This document shows, in pieces, positions 51,239 to 61,535 of a stretch of 64,000 bases of DNA. The position numbers and the translations under genes were made by a program. Position 1 is the first letter of the stretch. Each line of letters starts with the position of its first letter. The notes under the pieces are model-generated. The model was not told where the DNA came from. It worked only from the letters and a program-made list of their open reading frames with translations, and did not search any database. Origin of the DNA: an uncultured delta proteobacterium (GTDB lineage Bacteria; Myxococcota_A; Polyangia; Polyangiales; B10-G4); contig CAVSGI010000021.1 of the NCBI GenBank assembly GCA_963727445.1, positions 384,001 through 448,000 of the forward strand. The letters are read 5' to 3'.

Positions 51239-52930
51239 TCACTCCGCGGCGGCGCGTGGAGGCAGGACGACCGGCGGGGTGTCGCTCCGCGCCTCGAAGA
51301 GCATCTGCTCCATGCGCGCCAGAAGCGGCCGGAGCGACTCGCGGTCGAGGGCGCTCACGGCGACGCCGTCCCGCACCTGGGCGATGGCGAGCGCGTGGCC
51401 GCGCTCGACGAGGTCGGCCTTGTTGCAGACGAGCAACCGTGGGGTGCGCTCGAGCCCGAGCTTCACCAGCAGCTCCTCGGTGGTCTCCATGTGCTCGTCG
51501 AAGGCCGCGTCGGAGACGTCGACGACGTGCAGGAGCAGATCGGCGTCCTGGGCCTCTTCGAAGGTGGCGCGGAAGGCGTCGAAGAGATCCTTCGGCAGAT
51601 CGCGGATGAAGCCCACCGTGTCGGTGATCACCACCTCGCGCTCCTCCGGGAAGCGGATGCGCCGCGAGCGCGTGTCGAGGGTCGCGAAGAGCTTGTCCTC
51701 CGCCAGCACCTCGCTGTCCGTGAGCGCGTTCAAGAGGGTGCTCTTGCCGGCGTTGGTGTAGCCGACCACGGCGACCACCGGCACGCCGCGGCGCGCTCGA
51801 CGCGCGCGGCGCTGCTTGCGCTGCTTGCCGAGCTTCTTGAGCTGCGACTTGAGGCGGGTGATGCGCTCGCGCGCGCGGCGTCGTCCGACCTCGAGCTTCG
51901 TCTCGCCGGGCCCGCGCCCGCCGATGCCGCCGGTCAGCCGGCTGAGAGCGCGTCGTCCTTGGCGCCGAGGCGCGGCAGCAGGTAGTGCATCTGGGCCAGC
52001 TCGACCTGGAGCTTGCCGTCCCGGCTCTCGGCGCGCTGGGCGAAGATGTCGAGGATCAGCTGCGTGCGGTCGATGACCTTGAGGTCGGTCATCGCGGCGA
52101 TGGCCGCGCGCCTGCGCGGGCGACAGGTTGCGGTCGAAGATCAGCACCTCGACGTCGAGCTGCATCGCGCGGATCACGACCTGCTCGAGCTTGCCGCTTG
52201 CCGAGCACGTACTTCGGGTCGACCTGGTCGCGTACCTGCAAGCACCGTGTCGGCGACCTCGACGCCGGCGGTGCGCGCGAGCTCGGCCAGCTCCCGGAGC
52301 GACTCCTCCGCCTCGAGCGGCGTGGCGCTTGTCGCAGACGTGGACCAGGATCGCGCGGCCGTCCTTGGCCTCGACTTGTCGGGTGCGCGCGACCCGCGCG
52401 AACTCCTCCTCGAGCGCGGTGACGATCGCTCGGGGGTCGACGTCGAGCCTTGTGGTAGGGCGATGGGGCCGTAGGTCTGATAGCGGCGCGCGGCGCTCGC
52501 CCTCGCGGCACCGGGACGTTGTGCCCGTAGTAGACGGTGAGCGGCTTGCCCTCGGGCGACAGGCAGATGGCCGCCACCATGTCGAGGCGCAGGCGCGTGA
52601 GGTCGACGAGATCGTCCCGGGTGAGCGGCTCGTCGTGGAGGTGGGTGTGGATCAGGCGCAGGCCGCGAAAGCGCCCTTCGGCGCCGCGGAGGCGGCCGAA
52701 GTCCGGCAGACATGAGCTTCGACGCGTCGCCGACCACGACCCAGTGGACGGTCCCGCTCGCGGTCGACGAGCACGCCGACCTGGCGGCCGGTGGCGAAGC
52801 TCGCGTCGACCAGGGACCGGGTCAGCTCCGGGGTCGTCAAGCGGTCGAAGGGGACGCGCCGTCGATAGAGGCGCTCGAGGGCTTTCGTCTCGGAAGGGCT
52901 GAGCCCGTTGGTGTTCCCGTAGATCTGCAA
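51239..52930 (-). pseudogene. hflX: GTPase HflX with several frameshifts, probably sequencing errors
   Basis: Colinear fragments [63 protein letters not shown]. Confidence 0.9.
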
Positions 52931-53017
52931 ACTGTTCTCTGAGTGTAAGTCCGCAACTGGGGGCTGTCAGGACCCGGATTGCAGGAGCGCGGAACTATGA
53001 CCACGGCGCGGCGAGAT

Positions 53018-53791
53018 TCAAGCAGTGATGTCGAGGCTGATCGGGCAGTGGTCCGATCCCTGCACGTCGGGGTGGATACGAGCGTCCGAGACCCGAGCGG
53101 CGAGGGCGGGGCTCACCAGGGCGAGGTCCAGGCGCCATCCGATGTTTCGGGCGCGCACGCCGACGCGCTGGCTCCACCACGTGTAGTGGCCGCCCGCGGA
53201 GACGAACATCCGGAAGGAGTCGACGAAGCCCGAGTCGAGCCATCGCACGAGCTCGGCCCGCTCTTCCGGAAGGAAGCCGCTCGTCTTGTGGTTCTGCTTC
53301 GGTCGCGCGAGGTCGATCTCGTAGGGCGAGGTGTTGAAGTCGCCCATCACCACCACCTGTCGCCCGGCGCGAAGCTCCGGCGCGAGTCGCTCGTAGAGAC
53401 GCTGGTAGAAGCGCAGCTTGTAGGGGACGCGGCTGTGGTCGCGATTCGGGCCGCTGCCGTTCGGGAAGTAGACGTTGGCGATCAACACCCCGCCGAAGCG
53501 GGCGAGCTGCACTCGCCCTTCGTCGTCGAAGGCGGCGTCGCCGAGGCTGGTCTCGACCTCGTCGGGCGGCGTGCGCGAGAAGAGCCCGACGCCGCTGTAT
53601 CCCTTGCGCTTGGCGGGCGCGAAGAACGCGTGCCAGCCCCGCGGCTCGCGGAGGGATTCGGGCAGCTGATCGACGGTGGCACGCACCTCTTGGACACCGA
53701 CCACCTGGGCGCCCGCGTCCTCGAGCCAACTGAGGAAGCCCTTGCGGGTACAGGCCCTCAGGCCATTGACGTTCCAGGAGGCGATGCGCAC
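53018..53791 (-). CDS. xth: Exodeoxyribonuclease III
   Basis: IASWNVNGLRA, QE, GYSGV, EGR, NVYFPNG, GDFN, SGFLPEER, YTWWS, GWRLD, SDHCPI. Confidence 0.96.
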   Translation of the reverse strand: MRIASWNVNGLRACTRKGFLSWLEDAGAQVVGVQEVRATVDQLPESLREPRGWHAFFAPAKRKGYSGVGLFSRTPPDEVETSLGDAAFDDEGRVQLARFGGVLIANVYFPNGSGPNRDHSRVPYKLRFYQRLYERLAPELRAGRQVVVMGDFNTSPYEIDLARPKQNHKTSGFLPEERAELVRWLDSGFVDSFRMFVSAGGHYTWWSQRVGVRARNIGWRLDLALVSPALAARVSDARIHPDVQGSDHCPISLDITA

Positions 53792-54038
53792 GGGCTCGAA
53801 GAGCGCGTTGTAGACCACGATCCGCATGGACGCATCATCGATGGCCCTCGAGGGCTCCAAGAGACAACTCCCTCGGGGCCCTCGCGCGCGGCAAATCCAC
53901 ATCCGTCATTTGTCGGCGGCCGCCGCCGGCGAACCTGAACACCAAAGGATCCCCAGCCGTTGGCGGCATACGTCATCTGGCGAATGGAGGGCGGGGGCCC
54001 CCGCGTGCAGGGTCTCGTGGCACTCGAAAGGAGCTCCC

Positions 54039-54500
54039 ATGTCACGCCTCACCCCCTTCGTCGCCTCCCTCGCCGCCGCCGCCTCTCTGGTCCTGGTCGG
54101 CGGGCTGGTGACCCACCTGAGCACGTCTCTGGGATCGGAACCTTCCCCGGCGGCGTCGCAGGGCGCGTCGACGGTGGGCTCGGAGCCCGCACCGGCCGCT
54201 TCTGCCGCGACCGACCAGGCCGAGAGCCGATCCCTCTTCGAGGCCCGCGAGCGCGAATACCGCGCGCGCCTCGAGGAGGCGAACCGGCGCTTGCGCGATC
54301 AGGGGGCGGCGCTCGACGAAGCGCGCCGGCGTCTCGGGGATCGCGGGGCGACCACCCCAGCGCGTTCCACCGGGCGGCGCATCGACGACGACGAGCACGA
54401 GGGCCGTCCCGCCTCCCGGCGACGGTGGTACGACGAAGACGATGACGCGCACGAGCACCGCTTGGCCTCCGTAGGACGCTGGGATCACGACGAGGATTGA
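54039..54500 (+). CDS. Hypothetical membrane-anchored coiled-coil protein with His/Asp/Glu-rich tail
   Basis: AAGGAG upstream of ATG; N-terminal TM helix; EAREREYRARLEEANRRL; DDDEHE...DEDDDAHEH...HDED. Confidence 0.65.
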   Translation: MSRLTPFVASLAAAASLVLVGGLVTHLSTSLGSEPSPAASQGASTVGSEPAPAASAATDQAESRSLFEAREREYRARLEEANRRLRDQGAALDEARRRLGDRGATTPARSTGRRIDDDEHEGRPASRRRWYDEDDDAHEHRLASVGRWDHDED

Positions 54501-54503
54501 GTC

Positions 54504-54779
54504 GTGAGCCGACAACGCAAGCGGGGTGCCGAGCCCGGCGTGGCTGCTGCCATGCTCCTCGCACTCGGAGCCGTCGCGACCCTGATTGGATGGGCCGCCC
54601 TCGCGAGTCACGCGACGCCTCTTCCCGCGGGCGGAGAGCCGCGAGGCCACGCCTTGTCCTCGGTTCCGCTCACCGCGCCGGAGATGGACGCCATTCCCGA
54701 GATCGTGACCGTCGACACCACCCTGCCTGTGCGCCGTCGCTGGCGGATGGACACCGTGACCAGGGCATCTTCGAGATGA
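54504..54779 (+). CDS. Small membrane-anchored hypothetical protein ending DTVTRASSR
   Basis: TM helix; its stop overlaps the ATG of the next gene (ATGA). Confidence 0.6.
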   Translation: MSRQRKRGAEPGVAAAMLLALGAVATLIGWAALASHATPLPAGGEPRGHALSSVPLTAPEMDAIPEIVTVDTTLPVRRRWRMDTVTRASSR

Positions 54780-55414
54780 CCACGGTGCCTTCGCGACGCT
54801 CTCGCGAGATGCTGTTCGCAGGTGCGGCCGTAGGCGCCTTCGTGGCGATCGCGCTCACGCCGACCTGGGTCACCGCCATCGCCGGTAGCCTCGAGGGGAG
54901 CGCACCCAAAGCGTTCTGGTATCTGTCGCGTGCGAGCGGCCTCACCGCCTACGGGCTGATCTGGGTCTCGATGGTCTCGGGCCTACTCCAGAGCAACCGA
55001 CTCGTGTGTGGTGCCGCCGTCATGCAACTCCACCGGCATGCCGCGTGGACAGGCCTGGCCTTTGCGGCGTTCCATGCGCTCGTTCTCTTCGGCGACAGCC
55101 ACGTCGGGGGCGACGCGATGGCGCTCGTCGTGCCGTTCGGCATGACACGGCACGCCTCGGGGTGGGTCGGCCTCGGTCAGCTGTCGTTGTACGGGTCCTT
55201 GGCCCTCGCCCTGAGCTTCCGGCTGCGGTCTCGAATCGGCGGGCGCACGTGGCGCCTCCTTCACTACGCGAGCTTCACCGTGTTCGTGCTCGTGTTGGTG
55301 CACGGCGTTCAGGCGGGGACCGACGCTCGGCTCCCCTGGGTCGTCGCCTATTACGCGGCGACAGCCTCGGTCGTCGCGTCACTCACGGCGCTCCGGATCC
55401 TTCGGCGTCCATAG
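54776..55414 (+). CDS. Ferric reductase-like (MsrQ-type) transmembrane heme protein
   Basis: WYLSRASGLTAY, LHR, FHAL, WRLLHY, LVHG..AGTD: four His in TM helices. Confidence 0.85.
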   Translation: MTTVPSRRSREMLFAGAAVGAFVAIALTPTWVTAIAGSLEGSAPKAFWYLSRASGLTAYGLIWVSMVSGLLQSNRLVCGAAVMQLHRHAAWTGLAFAAFHALVLFGDSHVGGDAMALVVPFGMTRHASGWVGLGQLSLYGSLALALSFRLRSRIGGRTWRLLHYASFTVFVLVLVHGVQAGTDARLPWVVAYYAATASVVASLTALRILRRP

Positions 55415-55539
55415 CGTCGGCCGATGGCGACAACGCCCGAGCTCCGCACTGCAACGTCGAGGATGCAAAACGCTGGGGACCGGCGCGGACGATGTACGCG
55501 TCATCGGCCTTTGTCGGGCGGATCCTGCGAAAAACGCGG

Positions 55540-55555
55540 CGGCACGCGGACTGCA
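55540..55555 (+). promoter_or_regulatory. Putative sigma54 promoter of the protease gene
   Basis: CGGCACGCGGACTGCA: GG(55541)-N10-GC(55553). Confidence 0.55.
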
Positions 55556-55568
55556 GTGTCGGTGGCTC

Positions 55569-56726
55569 ATGAAGCAGCCACGCCTCGTTGCGCTCGCCCT
55601 CTGTGTCCTCCTCTCCGCCTGCATGAGCCCGCCCGAGACCGCCGGTGAGAGCCGCGCCGCGATCATCGACGGCCGGCCTGCGAGTGCGATGGACGTGGAC
55701 GCGACGGTGGCGCTGATGCAGGGCGGCTATCCGGTGTGCACGGGCACGCTGGTCACGCCGCGGGTGGTGATCACCGCAGCCCACTGCGTCCGTTCCACCG
55801 CCGATGACATCACCTATGGGCCGACGATCTCCCCTTCGGACGTCACGGTGGTCGCGGGCGCCCTCGACGCGATGACGGCGACCGCGGACCAGACCTACGA
55901 GGTCGCGCAGGTCTGGGCCAACATGGACTTCCCCGTCGAGAGCGGGGGAGTCGGGGAACAGGATGTGGGCGCGCTGCTCCTGTCGCACGACGTCACCAAC
56001 CTGACGCCGGCCCCGATCCTCGACCCGAGCCAGCTCGACGTGGAGCTGACCCCGGATCGCATGATGCGCATCGCCGGGTACGGCACCACCGATCGCGCTG
56101 GATACGGCGAGAACACCCGCTTGAACGTCGGGGCGTTGCCCTTCGTCTCTCACACCGCCGACGAGCTCACGGGCGGTCTGCCCAACGGCGTGGACACCTG
56201 CTACGGAGACTCGGGCGGCCCGGCCTACGTCGACACCGCGGAAGGAACGCGCGTCGTCGGCATCACCTCGCGCGGCGTCGACCCCTACAGCGAAGCCTGC
56301 GACTCGGGCACCATCTTCACCCTGGCGCCGGCCTTCGCGACCATGATCGCCGACGCCCTCGGTGAGTCCGTGACTGGCGACGCGTCCACGACGCCGTCTG
56401 GGTCGACGCCGCCGACCGGCACCGATCCAGAGGGGTCCTCCACCGGCTCGACTCCCTCGACTCCCGGCGCGCCCATGGAGCCGGCCAGCCCCGCGCCCGG
56501 CGCCTCCCCGTCCACCGACTCGGGCCCGATGGTCTCCCATCCGCTGACCGGTGGTTGCTCCTCCACCGGCGCCGGGTCTCCGGGTGGCTTCGCTTCCGTG
56601 CTGGCGCTCGCGCTCCTGCTCCTCGCCTGGCGTCGTCGCGCCATCCACCCACCTCGAGCTCGCGAGCGTATCAGCGGGCGTCGCCCCGAGCGACGAGGTC
56701 GAGGCATAGCGCGGCGCTCCAGGTGA
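55569..56726 (+). CDS. Trypsin-like S1 serine protease with lipobox and MYXO-CTERM-like tail
   Basis: LSA-C; AIIDG; CTGTL, TAAHC, DVG, GDSGGP; GGCSSTG...LALALLLLAWRRR. Confidence 0.92.
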   Translation: MKQPRLVALALCVLLSACMSPPETAGESRAAIIDGRPASAMDVDATVALMQGGYPVCTGTLVTPRVVITAAHCVRSTADDITYGPTISPSDVTVVAGALDAMTATADQTYEVAQVWANMDFPVESGGVGEQDVGALLLSHDVTNLTPAPILDPSQLDVELTPDRMMRIAGYGTTDRAGYGENTRLNVGALPFVSHTADELTGGLPNGVDTCYGDSGGPAYVDTAEGTRVVGITSRGVDPYSEACDSGTIFTLAPAFATMIADALGESVTGDASTTPSGSTPPTGTDPEGSSTGSTPSTPGAPMEPASPAPGASPSTDSGPMVSHPLTGGCSSTGAGSPGGFASVLALALLLLAWRRRAIHPPRARERISGRRPERRGRGIARRSR

Positions 56727-57874
56727 AGTCCTCGCCCCCGAGCCCTTCGCCGGTCTGCGCGTCGAAGTACTCGTAGAAGCCCGCCTCGCGTACGAGGTCC
56801 ACCGTCTTCTGTGCGAGGTCGCCGCCGACTGCATCGACGAGGAGCCAGTTGGTGTTGATCCAGGTCGGTCCCCGCCAGTAACGACGCGGTTCGAAGGCGG
56901 GGTCGAGCGGGGACGTGGACGGATAGGGGTGCCTTGCGTCGAAGCGCGCCTCGAGGCCGGCGCGAAGGCGCGCGGCGCGCGCATCGTCGAGGCCAGCGAA
57001 GAGCGGCGCATAGCCGCCGATCACGTCGGCGGTGATCACCTCGTCGGCGCGGGCGTCGTGATAGACGAAGCGGCCCAGCTCCTCGCTCCACAGATGATCG
57101 ACGAGGCCGGCGCGGAGCGCTTCGGCTCGGCGCCCGGCGTCGCTCTCGACGCTGGCGCGCGCCGCGAGACAGGCGAGGTCCTCCTCGGCGCGGGCGAGGA
57201 TGGCCGTGATGAGCGGGTCGTAGACGGCGAAGGGGCCGATACCGAAACCGTCGCGCGCGATCGCTTTCACGATGCACGCGTACTGCACGTACTGCGTGTC
57301 GGTGGGCCGCTGTCCGGAGTCGCCCACCACGTGTGTGTCCCGGCGCTCGAAGGTGGGCGCGTTGGAGGTGTCGACGCGGCTCATCGGTCCGTCCCACACG
57401 GGGCAATTGTCGAGGCCGCTCTCCCAGGGGTGGGCGATGGCGATCGCGCCGACCTTCAGGGGATCGCGCGCCTCGTGAAACCAACGGTGGGACGCATCGA
57501 TCTTCGGCACGAGGGTCTTCAGGCGCGACTCGTCGCCCGTGATGTCGACCATCCGCCGCACGCACGTCGCCCACACCGGGGGCTGGCTGATGCTGGTGGT
57601 CCACTCCGTCTGCCAGAAATCGGGGCCGGGGAAGTAGTCCGCGTCCCGGTCGTGGAAGAGAATGTGGGGGACGCGGCCGTCCTCCCACTGACCGCTCATC
57701 AGCGTTTCGATCTCCAGCCAGGCGCGCGCTCGGGTCGAACCACGCCCAACCGATGGCGGCGAAGGCGCTGTCCCACGCCCACTGGTGTGGGTAGAGGCGC
57801 GGCGAAGGGACGGTGTATTTCCCCCGGTCGTTTCCCCGGAGGATGGCTTCACACGAGGAGCGAAAGGAGCTCAC
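56671..57874 (-). CDS. GH63-like (MGH1 glucosylglycerate/mannosylglycerate hydrolase family) glycosidase; frameshift near 57735
   Basis: YTVPSPRLYPHQWAWDSAF in one frame; GQWEDGRVPHI, SQPPV, HPWESGLDN, YWRGPTWINTNW, FYEYF, FTWSAA in another. Confidence 0.85.
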
Positions 57875-59472
57875 GGCTGTACCCCGCGATGAGGAGGATG
57901 GCGAAGAAGTAGAGGATCAACAGGGCGTAGGTGGGGATCCACTGCTTCTCCCGCTCTGGGATGTCGGAGAAGGAGAGGGTGGTGCGGGCGAGCTTGTCCG
58001 GATGGGGCGCCACGGTGAAGCGGCTCGCCACCAGGGTGAAGGCGATGGCGACCACCAGGCCGCTCAGGTTCCACCACATCCAGTAGAGGTGCTCGTCGAA
58101 GACGAGCCACAGCACCACGTTGGTGAGGACACCCACGAAGACGCCGCCGATCATCGCCGGGCCGGTCGAGCGCTTGGCGAGGATGCCGGTGAGGAACGCC
58201 GCGAGGATGGGCCCGTAGAAGAAGGCGCCGAGCTTGTTGATGCCCTCGACCACCGTGTCGCTGATGCCGCCGACGAAGAAGGCGAAGCCGGTCATGGCGA
58301 CGCCCCACAGGACGGTGGTGATCTTGCCGTAGCGAAGCATGCGCTTCTGCTTCACGCCGTCGTCGTCGTCTCCGGCGAGGGCGTAGGGCTCGACGAAGTC
58401 GCGCATCGTCGCGGCCGACAGTGAGTTGAGCGCCGAGTCGAGGCTGCTCATGGCCGCCGAGAGGATGGCGGCGAAGATGAGCCCGGTGAGCCCCGCCGGC
58501 AGGTGCAGGAGCACGAAGGCCGGGACCAGGTAGTCGAGGTGGTCGGCGGGAACCGCCGCGCGGAGCTCGGCGGACTCGACGTAGGCAGCGCCGAGGGCCA
58601 GACCCATCAGCACGTAGAGGACGGTGAGCGGGAAGCGCATCAATCCGTTGAAGACGAGGGAGCGCTTGGTATCGGCGGTGGTGGGAGCGGAGAGCTCCCG
58701 TTGCGCCTGGCTCTGATCGACGCCGTAGTAGCTGATGTAGAGGACGAAGCCTCCAGCGAGGAAGCCCCACATCGGCGCGCCGGCTTGGTCGCCGATGCCG
58801 TGTCCTTCGCCGAGGCCGGTGAGGCGCTCGGGCTCGAAGCTGTCGAGGATCGCTTTGAAGCCGCCCGACCGTGTCCATCGCATACCAGACGCAACCGACG
58901 AGGCCGGCCATCAGCACCAGCATCTGGATCACGTCCGACCAGACCACCGCGGCCATGCCGCCCAGCGTGTCGTAGAAGACCGTCACCGCGCCGATCACGA
59001 CGATGCACGCCCAGATCGGCAGCCCGATGCAGACGTTCACCACCACCGCGCTGGCGTAGACGCCCACGCCGGTGGCGAGGCCGCGGCTGATCAGGAACAC
59101 CGCGCTCATCACCAGGCGCGTCGCCCGGTCGAAGCGCATCTCGAGGTACTCGTAGACGCTGACCAGCTCCAGATCGCGAAAGAAGGGGATCAGGAAGATC
59201 ATCACTACGATCATCGCCAGGGGGACCGCGAGCTCGTACTGGAGCCAGGTCAGGCCGCCGCCTTCTTTCAGCGCCACGTAAGCAGGGATACCGATGAAGC
59301 TGTTGGCCGAGGTCTGGGTGGCCATGGTGGAGACCGCCACGGCCCACCACGGCAGGTTTCGACCGCCTACGTAGTAGTCCTCGGCGCTCTCCTGGCCGCG
59401 CGACAGCCACACGGCGAGGCCGACCATCGACGTGAGGTAGGTGACCAGCACGATCCAGTCGAGCGTCGCCAT
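57871..59472 (-). CDS. Sodium:solute symporter family transporter; frameshift near 58870
   Basis: LDWIVL, DYYVGGR, SVYEYLEMRF, GGMAAVVWSDVIQ; then YYGVDQSQAQR, SAAMSSLDSALNSL. Confidence 0.9.
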   Translation of the reverse strand: MATLDWIVLVTYLTSMVGLAVWLSRGQESAEDYYVGGRNLPWWAVAVSTMATQTSANSFIGIPAYVALKEGGGLTWLQYELAVPLAMIVVMIFLIPFFRDLELVSVYEYLEMRFDRATRLVMSAVFLISRGLATGVGVYASAVVVNVCIGLPIWACIVVIGAVTVFYDTLGGMAAVVWSDVIQMLVLMAGLVGCVWYAMDTVGRLQSDPRQLRARAPHRPRRRTRHRRPSRRADVGLPRWRLRPLHQLLRRRSEPGATGALRSHHRRYQALPRLQRIDALPAHRPLRADGSGPRRCLRRVRRAPRGGSRRPPRLPGPGLRAPAPAGGAHRAHLRRHPLGGHEQPRLGAQLTVGRDDARLRRALRPRRRRRRRREAEAHASLRQDHHRPVGRRHDRLRLLRRRHQRHGGRGHQQARRLLLRAHPRGVPHRHPRQALDRPGDDRRRLRGCPHQRGAVARLRRAPLLDVVEPERPGGRHRLHPGGEPLHRGAPSGQARPHHPLLLRHPRAGEAVDPHLRPVDPLLLRHPPHRGVQP

Positions 59473-59536
59473 CAACGGCCGTATAACACGACGCTCTCGA
59501 TCCCGGACCCCTGGCCCCTGTATGCTCTGTCCCGCG

Positions 59537-60400
59537 ATGTCGTGGTTCGGACGCAAAGTCGCGCGGCTACCAGCGGAGGGGGTGCTGATTTCGGCGACCG
59601 ATCTGCAGGGCAACCTCAAGGACTACCGCGCGCTCAAGTCGATCTACGAGCGCGAGGAAGCGGAGGGCAACGAGCCCTTCCTGCTGCTCTGCGGTGATCT
59701 GGTGCACGGCCCCGGTCCCGATCTCGCAGATCCCCGCTCCTGGCCCGAACACCTGGGGACGCACTACCTCGACCGATCGGCAGAGCTGCTCATCGACTTC
59801 GAGCATTGGTCGAAAGAGCATCGGGCGACGGCGCTCCTCGGCAATCACGAGCACGCACACATCGGCGGACCCAAGGTCAGCAAGTTCCACACGGACGAGG
59901 CCGCCGTTCTCGACGCCACGCTCGGTTCGCACAAGGCGCGGATGCACGACTTCATCCGCACCTTCCCCCTCATCGCGGCCTCCCCGGCCGGCGCGGTCTT
60001 CACCCACGGCGCCCCGCGCATGACCGAGGCCTCCCTCGAAGACTTCGACAAGCTCCGCTACGACGGATTCGACGACATCGACATCGGTGAGATGTACCGC
60101 AGCGGCACCGTGGGCGCGCTGCTGTGGGCGCGCGGCGCGAGCTCGGAGAACGCGCGAGCGCTTCTCGAGGCGACGAGCATGGACGATCAGCCGGCCGCCT
60201 TCGTCGGCTACGGTCACGACGTGGTGCCGGAGGGATACGAAAAGGTCGGCGCCGAGCAGATCTGCTTTTCGACCTCCTTCGGGCTCTTCGACGCCGACAA
60301 GGTGTATCTTCGCCTCGACTTGAGCAGGCGTTACGAGAGCGTTCACGACCTGAGGGATGGCGTCGAGATCCTCCCTCTCTACCCGGAAGCCACGCGTTGA
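59537..60400 (+). CDS. Calcineurin-like metallophosphoesterase
   Basis: TDLQGN, GDLVHG, LGNHE, FTHG, YGH. Confidence 0.85.
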   Translation: MSWFGRKVARLPAEGVLISATDLQGNLKDYRALKSIYEREEAEGNEPFLLLCGDLVHGPGPDLADPRSWPEHLGTHYLDRSAELLIDFEHWSKEHRATALLGNHEHAHIGGPKVSKFHTDEAAVLDATLGSHKARMHDFIRTFPLIAASPAGAVFTHGAPRMTEASLEDFDKLRYDGFDDIDIGEMYRSGTVGALLWARGASSENARALLEATSMDDQPAAFVGYGHDVVPEGYEKVGAEQICFSTSFGLFDADKVYLRLDLSRRYESVHDLRDGVEILPLYPEATR

Positions 60401-60801
60401 TGGCAGCGGTCCCCGAAGCGGTGGTGGAGAAGGTGGTTCAGTCGGTGTCGAAGCGCCTCTCGGATCCGAACTACGCGCAGGTGGCGGTCGGCACCTTCGT
60501 CCAGACCTTCCCCGACGTCAGTCGCTTCATCACCGCGCACGCCGACGACCTCGGCGGCGGCGAAGCGGTGATCCACGTCGTCTTCCACGCCCAGGTGCTG
60601 GCGGAAGTCTTCGAGACGCATCGCAAGCGGGCGCCGAACGAGATCGGCTTCGGCGAGCTGGATCAGGCTGCACGGGGAGACGTGGAGAAGAGCTTCGCGA
60701 AGGCCGAGCCCGCGCTGTCGAGTTACGTCGCCAGCAACGTCGATGACGCCGCGGTCCGCAAGCTGCTCGCCCACATCGGGCTGGCCCTCGCGGCCGCCTG
60801 A
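60400..60801 (+). CDS. Hypothetical protein (133 aa)
   Basis: TGATG coupling to the upstream gene; coding-like composition. Confidence 0.7.
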   Translation: MAAVPEAVVEKVVQSVSKRLSDPNYAQVAVGTFVQTFPDVSRFITAHADDLGGGEAVIHVVFHAQVLAEVFETHRKRAPNEIGFGELDQAARGDVEKSFAKAEPALSSYVASNVDDAAVRKLLAHIGLALAAA

Positions 60802-60817
60802 GCGCTCCCGAGTCCAC

Positions 60818-61360
60818 TCAAGGCGTGGCGGCCTCCTCCTGGGGGAGGAGCAGGTCTTCGAGAAAGAACGCCGAGAGCTCGCTCCGGCCCGAGAGGTTGC
60901 CTTTGCGGTACACCGCCCGGGCCTGATCGCGCGCCGTGCGCTCACTCGTGCCCCGGACGTCGGCCACCTCCTTGAGGCTCAGGCCCTTGAGCAGGAGCAG
61001 GCCCACCTCCCGCTCGGCGGGGGTGAGCTCCCAGCGATCGAATTGGCCGTCGATGGCCTCGCCCAGACCTCGCAGGGCATGCTCGGCCTCCTTCCGCCAG
61101 CGGGTGGCCTCGGCCCGGCTCTGGGAGAGGTCCCGGGCCAGGGCACCAATCCGCCGTTCGCGACGGCGGAGCATCCCCGTCAGGACCGACCCGATGGTCA
61201 CGAAGGCCGCGAGCTCGAGCACCATGTGGGCGGGGTGGGCCCCCTCCAGCCAGTCGGTGATGAGGTCCACGACGATGAGGAGGGACACGGCCCCGAGCGC
61301 GAAGGTCCACCAGCGAGCAGGGGAGCGGACATCATCGCCGACAGCCACGGAGGCAGTCAT
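60818..61360 (-). CDS. Membrane-anchored LuxR-family HTH transcriptional regulator
   Basis: Two TM helices around HPAHMVLE; coiled coil; LTPAEREVGLLLLKGLSLKEVA...SERT...VYRK. Confidence 0.9.
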   Translation of the reverse strand: MTASVAVGDDVRSPARWWTFALGAVSLLIVVDLITDWLEGAHPAHMVLELAAFVTIGSVLTGMLRRRERRIGALARDLSQSRAEATRWRKEAEHALRGLGEAIDGQFDRWELTPAEREVGLLLLKGLSLKEVADVRGTSERTARDQARAVYRKGNLSGRSELSAFFLEDLLLPQEEAATP

Positions 61361-61535
61361 AGCAGGTCGTCATGGCCCCCGACCACCATTCGTCACCCTC
61401 GTCGGCACCGGTGTCGGTGTACCGACACCCTGCGGCGTAGTCACGAGATCACTGATCTTATCGTGAAGTACGTCGGACGTCGGATGGAGAATGGAGAGGC
61501 GAGAGCGCATCAGGGGGATACGTCGGACCCAAGCC

